Part shown: one piece after another, positions 8,439-15,557 of the stretch
Position numbering within the stretch: the stretch's first letter is position 1
Layout: each line of letters starts with the position of its first letter
From: Bdellovibrionota bacterium
GTDB lineage: Bacteria; Bdellovibrionota_C; UBA2361; JBIKUX01
Length of the DNA stretch: 15,671 bases
Reading direction: 5' to 3'
NCBI GenBank assembly: GCA_044347345.1
Contig: JBIKUX010000039.1
Span: 1 to 15,671 of the forward strand
Position numbers and translations under genes: made by a program
Notes under the pieces: model-generated
Seen by the model: the letters and a program-made list of their open reading frames with translations, nothing else
Told to the model about the DNA's origin: nothing
The model's database searches: none

Positions 8439-8970
8439 GCTAATTTGTAGCGTAACTTTTACGGGTAGCTCACTACTGGCATGCTCCTTATTTAATAGCA
8501 ATGACTTCGATCGCCCTTCTTTGGTAGGTCAGCGGATTCCCAACACTCGATTTACCTCTTTACAGGACGGATTTTTGCGCACTTTAGAGGAATTTTCCGG
8601 TGCTCCGCGTGTGATTATTTTTTGGGCAGAGTGGTGTTCATATTCTAAGCCGGTTATTCTGGAGATAAATAAAATAGCGAGAGAGTTTAAAGGTAGTGGT
8701 GATCCAATAAAAAAAGCACTTAATTTTGTAGCTATCAGTATTGACCCAGCAGATAGGTATCAGCGAGTACAAGAGCGGGTTACTTATCAAAAACTTGATG
8801 CGCTTACCCATGCTTTTTCTGGCAATGGTTTGTTTGATGAAACCTATATGGCTTATCGCGGGGGTAATTTGCCCCATATTATCTTTGTGGGTGCAGATGG
8901 AGTAGTGTTGGCAGAGGGCCATGGAAGCTCTGTGATACAGTCGGGCTTAAGTGCTCTTGGAGTTAACTAG
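8422..8970 (+). CDS. TlpA/ResA-like thioredoxin-fold lipoprotein with CXXS active site
   Basis: ATG at 8422 gives the signal peptide MLKLTKLICSVTFTGSSLLAC (lipobox LLAC). GQRIP.TRFTSL, IIFWAEWCSYSK, FVAISID and LPHIIFVGADGVV are TlpA-family motifs. Overlaps the upstream gene by 17 bp. Confidence 0.85.
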   Translation: MLKLTKLICSVTFTGSSLLACSLFNSNDFDRPSLVGQRIPNTRFTSLQDGFLRTLEEFSGAPRVIIFWAEWCSYSKPVILEINKIAREFKGSGDPIKKALNFVAISIDPADRYQRVQERVTYQKLDALTHAFSGNGLFDETYMAYRGGNLPHIIFVGADGVVLAEGHGSSVIQSGLSALGVN

Positions 8971-8995
8971 TTAAATGGTATTTAGAGCAAATTGA

Positions 8996-10471
8996 ATGAA
9001 CCAGTCTCCTTATAGCGGTAATACCAAGCGTAATTTTAGTGTTTCAAATTTGTTGCCATGTTGGCACGACGTAGGAGCCTCGTTAGTCGTATTTTTAGTG
9101 GCACTCCCTCTAGCGTTAGGTATAGCTCTTGCCTCAGGTGCTCCGTCAGTTGTTCCAGGGCTGATTGGATGCGCTGTTGGAGGTATTGTAATCGGAGCTT
9201 TAGGAGGTGCGCCTCTGCAAGTTTCTGGGCCGGCAGCTGGTCTTACTGTAATAGTTTATGATTTAGTGCATCGCTTTGGCTGGGAAACCACCTGTTTAGT
9301 GACTGCAATTGCTGGCTTACTTCAAATTGTTTTCGGTCAATTACGGTTAGGGAAGTTTTGTCTGGCAATATCTCCAGCTGTTGTTCATGGCATGTTAGCT
9401 GGAATAGGAATCATTATCGCCTCTTCACAGCTACACGTTGTATTGGGTGGGGTGTCTCAAAGCTCAGCTTTGCAGAATTTAATATCACTTCCTCAACAGG
9501 TTATGCAATTTAAAGGTCACGCAGTTTTTCTCGGAACGTTTACTTTTCTTCTCTTGTTTTGTTGGCGATTTCTTCCTCGCATTGTTCAAAAACTGCCAGC
9601 TCAATTAGGAGCTGTAGCTATAGCTAGTATAATTGCAAACTTTTTTTGGCTTGATGTAAAAAAGGTATCTCTTCCACAGAGCATAGCCTTAGAATTTATA
9701 AAGCCAAGTATTTCATGGGATATGTTTGGTCCAATAATAATAGCTGCAATTACTGTTACAGCCGTAGCCAGTGTTGAATCGCTCCTCTGCGCTGTAGCTA
9801 CAGATAAATTACATACGGGTAAACGTGCTAATTTAGACAGAGAGCTTGTAGGGCAGGGAGTGGGTAACTTACTTAGCGGTGTTATAGGAGGGCTGCCTCT
9901 TACTGGTGTGGTAGTAAGGAGCACTGCAAATATATCGGCAGGTGCGCGTACTCAGTGGTCGGCGGTGTTACATGGCGTATGGGTTGTAGTGCTCATCTTA
10001 GTAGCTAAAGAAGCTATTGAACTAATACCGTTACCTGCTCTGGCAGGATTGCTTGTGCAAGTGGGAGTTAGTCTTGTTAACCTGCATCATATTAAAGAAC
10101 TGAGTAAGCACCGCGAGCTTCCTGTATATATTATAACTGTTGTGGGAGTTGTTTTTTGGAATTTATTGGGTGGAGTAGCAATTGGTCTAGTAACTGCCTT
10201 TACACTGTTAATTAAGCGAGCTCTTACAGCTAAGATTTCTCTTATTGATGAAGGCAATAATAACTGGAGTCTCAAAATTGGAGGAATAGTCAGTTTTTTG
10301 GTTGTTCCACAGCTAGCATCCACTTTTTCGTCTATACCGGCAGGAAGTAATGTTAAGGTGCATCTTTATCCACAATTCATGGATCATTCAGCTTTTGATG
10401 CGATTGAACAATGGCAAAAGAGCCATTTAGAGAGAGGTGGCCAAGTAGAAATTATGCTTAATTCGGTGTAG
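8996..10471 (+). CDS. SulP (SLC26) family inorganic anion transporter, likely bicarbonate-type, with short STAS-like tail
   Basis: D..ASLVVFLVALPLALGIALASGAP; QVSGPAAGL; ASVESLLCAVA.DKLH; DRELVGQGVGN; GGLPLTGVVVRSTAN..AGART; C-terminal FMDH...W..SH..RGGQV. Confidence 0.95.
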   Translation: MNQSPYSGNTKRNFSVSNLLPCWHDVGASLVVFLVALPLALGIALASGAPSVVPGLIGCAVGGIVIGALGGAPLQVSGPAAGLTVIVYDLVHRFGWETTCLVTAIAGLLQIVFGQLRLGKFCLAISPAVVHGMLAGIGIIIASSQLHVVLGGVSQSSALQNLISLPQQVMQFKGHAVFLGTFTFLLLFCWRFLPRIVQKLPAQLGAVAIASIIANFFWLDVKKVSLPQSIALEFIKPSISWDMFGPIIIAAITVTAVASVESLLCAVATDKLHTGKRANLDRELVGQGVGNLLSGVIGGLPLTGVVVRSTANISAGARTQWSAVLHGVWVVVLILVAKEAIELIPLPALAGLLVQVGVSLVNLHHIKELSKHRELPVYIITVVGVVFWNLLGGVAIGLVTAFTLLIKRALTAKISLIDEGNNNWSLKIGGIVSFLVVPQLASTFSSIPAGSNVKVHLYPQFMDHSAFDAIEQWQKSHLERGGQVEIMLNSV

Positions 10472-10481
10472 GTGCTTCTTT

Positions 10482-11429
10482 CTAATTGGCTCGAGCGGCT
10501 GCCTCGAGATAAGCATTGCGGTTGGAGCCGTTGGGGTCTGCTGGCATAATTTGTTGTGAGCCGTCCGGATAGGTAGCTATAGTTAGAGTCTGACCTGCAT
10601 AAGGGTAAAATGCGTTAACTTCTATTTTATCAGAACCCTTTACGTCTACTTTTAAGGCGTCCCTTACACCATCTCTACTCCAAGGTTCAAAAGAAGACGC
10701 CGTTATCTTCACTATGTTACCTTCTACAGTTAACGCGTGAATTTGATATGGGTACTTATTAAAAACCGTGTCGATGATTTCTAGCAGCTGTTTAATTTCC
10801 TCGGTAGAGGAGATATTATTTAATTGAAAAAAAATGCAGGCTAAATCTTGTTCAATGTTTATAGGGGGGCTGTACTGAACGATGTTTTGCTCATCGATGT
10901 TTGTTTGGTGTGGTAGTTGATTACGACCTCCGCCTCTGGAGCCACTAAGCTTCATGTTATATAGTTGCTCTGGTAATGAAAGACCAATCAAGAACGTGCT
11001 CTCCACCCCCCTGTACTCAGCAGTTCCGATTTGGATGCCTCCAGGATTTAATTTTCTAACTTTGACAGTGTAAGGACATTGTTTTATGCTATTTAAAAAA
11101 AATTCCTCGTTCTCTCTTGGAATAGCAATTATGCCACCATCTCCTTGATGAGAGTAAATCAGAGGGCAATTTGGATACTGTTCTTTAAATTTCCCAACAG
11201 GCCATGCACCTATTTGATTATAATCTGTAAAATTCAGCTTCCTAGATCCTACTATATCATAGGCAAATACAGAGTAGCCCTCTGGTATATCGCTGAAGTG
11301 AAAAGGGTTTTCGTACCTTTTACTAATATAGGGGGAGCGAAAATCCCTTATATAGGTTGGGATATTTAAATTTGGCCATTCCGGTTGATTTTTAATAACA
11401 GAGTCGTAGGTATGTTGTGTAGTAGTCAT
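10482..11429 (-). CDS. Hypothetical protein with divergent class III nucleotide cyclase-like motifs
   Basis: 315-aa ORF with AGAGG RBS; VFAYDIVGS (D58), HQGDGGII (D97) and C-terminal AAAR. The CDS itself is well supported; the cyclase assignment is tentative. Confidence 0.55.
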   Translation of the reverse strand: MTTTQHTYDSVIKNQPEWPNLNIPTYIRDFRSPYISKRYENPFHFSDIPEGYSVFAYDIVGSRKLNFTDYNQIGAWPVGKFKEQYPNCPLIYSHQGDGGIIAIPRENEEFFLNSIKQCPYTVKVRKLNPGGIQIGTAEYRGVESTFLIGLSLPEQLYNMKLSGSRGGGRNQLPHQTNIDEQNIVQYSPPINIEQDLACIFFQLNNISSTEEIKQLLEIIDTVFNKYPYQIHALTVEGNIVKITASSFEPWSRDGVRDALKVDVKGSDKIEVNAFYPYAGQTLTIATYPDGSQQIMPADPNGSNRNAYLEAAARAN

Positions 11430-11730
11430 AAAACCTCTATCAGCAGTATATTTGCTGGTAGAAATTACTTAACTTTTTAGGTAAACGTGGGTTTTTTGCC
11501 CACTAAATGCTACTTTACTTCAGATAAACTCTTTTGATTTTTAAAGAAGTAAAAGAGGTCGAGCCTGGTAATCAAGGAATTGTTTTTTCAAGAATAGGAT
11601 TGCTAACTCTTTTTTTTAAAAAAAAATGTGCTCGTATTTTTCTAGTTGCCGCTGAATAGTTTGAAATTTAGTATTGTAACTAACAGATACTTGAGGCAGA
11701 TAAATACGGTATCTTGCCCCCTATGCAACC

Positions 11731-11766
11731 ATTAAAAGAGCAGAAGAGGGCTTTTTGCCTTTTAAT
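11731..11766. terminator. Hairpin, possible intrinsic terminator or part of a structured RNA
   Basis: ATTAAAAG-A-GCAGAAG-AGGG-CTTTTTGC-CTTTTAAT: 8-bp perfect outer stem plus an inner stem with G-U pairs. Confidence 0.35.
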
Positions 11767-12009
11767 AACAGACGTTTTGTATTAAAAAATTTGTTAATTC
11801 TCTAAACTAATCCAAAATTCCCTGTCATAAAATAGATTGCGCTTTGAGTTTAATACCTTCTTGCAGTAATACCGTCCTTTAGTCGGCCATTTTTTAACAG
11901 CGCATTTCTGCACGGTAAAGTTTATTATACAAAGGTTACTCTGTACTTTTATTCTGCCTTCGCTCTCACTTAAAAGGCGAGCACTTATTAGAATACCATT
12001 TTTCGCATT

Positions 12010-12037
12010 TACAGATGCACGTATACAGATGCATGTA
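12010..12037. repeat. 14-bp tandem duplication (13/14 identical)
   Basis: TACAGATGCACGTA followed by TACAGATGCATGTA. Confidence 0.85.
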
Positions 12038-12254
12038 TTTTGTCGGGCTAGATGAGAGCATTTTTAGGTTGGTTTTGCTCGCCTTATTAAGCAGTAAAAG
12101 CCTAACAAAAGAGTGTGAGTCATACCCTAAATTCGTTACATTTAGCCAAACTATAATTGAGATAAATGTAAATAGTGGTGATAAATAGTCAGTAGTGCAG
12201 CTGAAAAAGTATAGCATCTTTGCTTGAAATTGCCTCTTTAGGTCACTGTATTGA

Positions 12255-12690
12255 GTGAGAAAACCCAATAAATATTGCACTGTTGGCTTAAGGCATGCTC
12301 AAGTATTGAAACTGAATAGCTCTGAGGTTGAACCGGTCTCTAAACTTGTAGGCGGTGAAGCGGTCGTCACAACAGGGCAGTTTAGCGCTGATTTATTTGC
12401 CAAGTATCCCCAGCTTAATACTATTTTAGTAACTCTTGGTGAGGATGGAGTTGAAGCTTTCTCATCGGCTGGTGAATACTTAACCGTTGTTCAGACTGAG
12501 GTGGCCTCAGTTGTCGATACTATAGGGGCAGGGAATGCCTTTACTGCGGGATTTATTACCGGGCTTGTCGCCGGTAGTAAATCTCTTGAAGCATGTTGTA
12601 GAGCCGGCAATGTGTGAGGTGCACTTGCTGCAACTAAGCGCTCGAGGTATGGGAGCAATTTCAGAGCATGAACTCAAGAAAAGACAATAA
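12255..12690 (+). pseudogene. PfkB/ribokinase-family carbohydrate kinase remnant (C-terminal part only)
   Basis: VLKLNSSEV, ILVTLGEDG and VVDTIGAGNAFTAGF (PfkB signature 2 with D>N). The N-terminal half is absent. In-frame TGA at 12615-17 is followed by GALAATKR and a frameshifted tail RGMGAISEHELKKRQ* ending at 12690. Confidence 0.8.
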
Positions 12691-12962
12691 GAGTATTGGT
12701 TGCTTACAAGCAAGCAGAGTTACCTTGCTTTAAAAGGAAGAGTGGGGTCGAATATCTCGTCAAAAGCTATCTCCTTTACCTTACGAGTTTGTATTATGCA
12801 TTTAGCAGCCTAATATAGCACTACTACGTTAGTGACAAAAATGTTAACTTTGTCTCACTTAAAAAACTAACTGTGTTCGCCAAGGTTAGGCAAGTATCGA
12901 CCGTCTTCTAACAGAGAATTAAGTTACCCTAATAAGCTGACTGCTGGTGGAAAGGAAAGGGT

Positions 12963-14351
12963 ATGAGTCTTGTTCTTGGTATTGATATTGGTACAACTTC
13001 TGCGGCGGTGACGGTAGTAGACCGTAGTAGTAAGGAGCAGCTTGCTACTATCTCAGCTAACGTTGCTCCAGCGGTGCTGTGCCGCCCGGAGGTGTCAATG
13101 CGCAGTGAGATAGATGCCACTGTTGTTCTGACAATTGTTTCGAAGCTGATTCGCGACTTACCTAGCGAGTTGCGTGAGAAGGTATCCTTGATAGGTGTAA
13201 CAGGCCAAATGCACGGCGTCGTATTATGGAATGGGACATCGCCTGATTGCGTTTCGCCACTCTATAATTGGCAAGACCTTAGGTGCCAGGCTGATGGGTG
13301 GATTACGACATTACGAGAGCGAGTTGGTACCGAGCGTATATTTACCGGGTGGGGTTGTGCAACACTTGCTTGGCTTGCATCTTTTCAACCTGACATTTTT
13401 GAGCTCTACGACCGCTCAGGAACGATACAAGACTTCGTGGTGAGCCAACTAACCGGAAAATCCGCGTCTACTGTAATCGACCCTAGTAATGCGGCCAGTT
13501 GGGGATTGTTTTGTGCTGATGACTACATTTGGGATGAAAAAAAGGTGTTAAAAGCTGGCATTCCTTTTGACATCCTCCCGACAGTTGTTCCAACTGGTAC
13601 TGTAGTTGGGCAAGTATCTCTCGCTACTAGTACTCGGTTTGGTATAGGTTCATCAGCTCTGGTTACTGTTGCTTGTGGAGATAATCAGGCGAGTGTATAT
13701 GGGGTTCTTCAGGATTGCGACACTGAGATGGTGTTAACACTTGGTACAAGCGGACAGTTATCTATTCCCCTGCGTCGCCTTACTGTGGCTAGTAATTATT
13801 GGCCAAGTGCCATTGAAGTTAGACCGTTTGTGGGTGAGCACATTCTGGCCTTACGAGCGTTACTTTGCGGTGGAAAGGCGCTAATGTGGCCTGTTACCAC
13901 TTTGGCTATGTGGATGGAGCAGATTGGAGTGACAGGTTTCGACTTAGACTCGGTGGCCACAAAGATTGATTTGCTTGCAACCTCTCTTGAGCCAACTGCC
14001 CGTTCTCTTTTGTGTGCACCATTTTTTGCAGGTGACAGGGTTGATGAAGAATCTTATGGTCGGTTCAGTAATGTACGCTTTGAGAATTTTTCTTTGGGAG
14101 AGGTTCTCTATTCTATCTCAAAAGGAATCATTCGCGAGTTAAAGCAAGCGATGCCAAGTGAGCTCTTATTCGGAAGAACAAGAGTCGTTGCTTCAGGAAA
14201 TGGCACTAAGAGATGGAAGATACTTTCAGATGTGGTTGCTGAAGAATTTGGAGTACCTTTGGTACACCGAGAAATAAAAGAGGAAGGGGCTTATGGCGCT
14301 GCTCTTATTGCTATAAAAGGCGCACTGATAAAGCCACCGATAGAGCTTTAG
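12963..14351 (+). CDS. FGGY-family carbohydrate kinase, sedoheptulokinase (SHPK)-like
   Basis: VLGIDIGTTS; IGVTGQMHGVVLW; LYNWQD.RC; TGWGCATLAWL; GTIQDFVV..LTG; D.SNAASWG.F; GDNQASV; GTSGQLS; EGAYGAAL. The GCAT..WL and NAASWG motifs are characteristic of the SHPK subfamily. Purine-rich RBS (AAGGAAAGGG) upstream. Confidence 0.88.
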   Translation: MSLVLGIDIGTTSAAVTVVDRSSKEQLATISANVAPAVLCRPEVSMRSEIDATVVLTIVSKLIRDLPSELREKVSLIGVTGQMHGVVLWNGTSPDCVSPLYNWQDLRCQADGWITTLRERVGTERIFTGWGCATLAWLASFQPDIFELYDRSGTIQDFVVSQLTGKSASTVIDPSNAASWGLFCADDYIWDEKKVLKAGIPFDILPTVVPTGTVVGQVSLATSTRFGIGSSALVTVACGDNQASVYGVLQDCDTEMVLTLGTSGQLSIPLRRLTVASNYWPSAIEVRPFVGEHILALRALLCGGKALMWPVTTLAMWMEQIGVTGFDLDSVATKIDLLATSLEPTARSLLCAPFFAGDRVDEESYGRFSNVRFENFSLGEVLYSISKGIIRELKQAMPSELLFGRTRVVASGNGTKRWKILSDVVAEEFGVPLVHREIKEEGAYGAALIAIKGALIKPPIEL

Positions 14352-14598
14352 TGCCCATGCTCTGAGGAGGTTGCCCTACCCACTTACATACAAAGAGCCG
14401 AGGTGAGGCGCTGATGTCAGAAGCTATACTGAATTTAATGTAAATTGCGAGACGATACCCGATATTTTGTCAGTTGAACTAGAGACGAAATTTTTTGAGG
14501 TGAGAACGACTTTGGCCTAGAACAAAAAAGCCTCACGATTGCATATAGTGCGACATTTTTTTGACATTGAAGACGATTGTTTTTAGAAGCTAATCAAG

Positions 14599-14624
14599 GT
14601 TTGTAAAGGTCGTTTGTAAAGGTC
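14599..14624. repeat. Perfect 13-bp tandem duplication
   Basis: GTTTGTAAAGGTC x2. Confidence 0.9.
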
Positions 14625-14982
14625 TTTTTATTTCCGTTATTTTTTTCTGGCTTACCCCATCCACCATCATCTGTCTATCTCTGCTTTAATAGTAAAGAAG
14701 TTAAACCATAACGCGGCTTCATAACGTTTTTATGTGGTATAAGAATTTATCAAAAAGCACCTCCGCCTTCCTACAAGATTAGCTCTGTGCGAAACGTTGT
14801 TAAAGGGCTCTGGCTGAAACATCTCTAAGCGAAGATTGGTTAGGTTCTATTCCGACGTGCCTAAGCGGTCATTTTTTTAAAGGCGATGTTACGAAGTGAC
14901 TTAGACTTGCTGCAAATACTAGCGACCTTATCAATTTTTGTGCCCAATCAGAAAAAAAGGTCAAAAAACCTGACACTACCCT

Positions 14983-15000
14983 AACCTAAGCTCTTAGGTT
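14983..15000. promoter_or_regulatory. Perfect 8-bp inverted repeat, operator-like
   Basis: AACCTAAG-CT-CTTAGGTT. A 2-nt spacer disfavours an RNA hairpin and suits a dimeric DNA-binding site; 72 bp upstream of ATG 15073. Confidence 0.45.
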
Positions 15001-15072
15001 CTATAAGTATCATTCGTACAAGTAGTCAGCATACTCTTGCTATTACCGTAATTTTTTTTTGAGAGTAAAGCT

Positions 15073-15460
15073 ATGACAGCACAAAGTTTTGATAACCAGC
15101 CAACTCTTAGGCAAGGGGGGGGGAATCTATCTTAATTACCCATTTAATCCTGAAAATCCTAGATCAGATAGAGATTTTTTTGAAGGCTACAGAAGAGAAG
15201 TTATTTATAGCTCCGAACGAGTACCAGTGATTACATTGACTCCCGAACTGATTAGAGATGGGCTTGACAACTTGGCTATAGGTCAAGTTCTCGTTGGTTA
15301 TGGAGTAAATGATAATTTTATTGAACCAAATTATCTTGCGATGATAATACGCGAGCCTCAGGAATGTGTTAATTCAGCAATTTATTGGAAAGTTATAGCC
15401 AAATTTAATCTTAGGGAACTAGAGTGGTGCATTCGGCCAAATGACTTAGTGAGATCTTGA
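15073..15460 (+). pseudogene. Small hypothetical gene interrupted by a frameshift at a G9 tract
   Basis: ATG 15073 with GAGAG upstream reads MTAQSFDNQPTLRQGGGNLS*. Removing one G from G9 (15115-15123) joins it to the 15089-15460 ORF, giving 128 aa. An intact TTG-started gene at 15089 is the alternative. Confidence 0.5.
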
Positions 15461-15557
15461 GAATACAGTCATTTTGGGAGAGGGGGGCTTTTGGGGTAAA
15501 GACTTTTGTGATTGTAGTCAGTAAGGTAAAGAGTGCGTTACTTTTGAGAATTAGGCA

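Noticed and set aside
4958-10323. Short ORFs 4958-5179, 5988-6281, 6653-6979, 8638-8922, 9058-9261, 9601-9924 and 10087-10323
   Set aside because: Almost entirely nested in or antisense to longer genes with clear family motifs.
10482-11429. Pycsar/CBASS-type anti-phage system built on the cyclase-like gene
   Set aside because: No adjacent co-directional cyclic-nucleotide-binding, TIR or TM effector gene is present in the window.
11966-12280. 104-aa minus-strand ORF
   Set aside because: No recognisable motif, atypical composition, and it overlaps the pfkB remnant and the repeat/stem region; cannot be supported as a gene.
12700-12859. Small inverted repeats TTGCTT-AC-AAGCAA and GACAAA...TTTGTC upstream of the FGGY kinase
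   Set aside because: Only 6-bp arms in AT-rich DNA, compatible with chance; no recognisable regulator consensus.
11145-13443. ORFs 11145-11369(+), 12507-12713(-), 12929-13120(-) and 13231-13443(+)
   Set aside because: Antisense or alternate-frame shadows of better-supported genes.
14449-14576. Recurring GAGACGA/AGACGA words as a possible CRISPR or iteron array
   Set aside because: Too short and irregularly spaced; no repeat-spacer periodicity and no cas genes.
14715-14830. Minus-strand translation ...KAEVLFDKF... reminiscent of the ISL3 transposase FDKFH motif
   Set aside because: Only a few residues match, the frame has several stops, and no terminal repeats or other motifs were found; it would need BLASTX support.
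14805-14865. GGTTCTATTCC resembling a tRNA T-loop
   Set aside because: T-stem and acceptor stem pair poorly and the span is too short for a cloverleaf.
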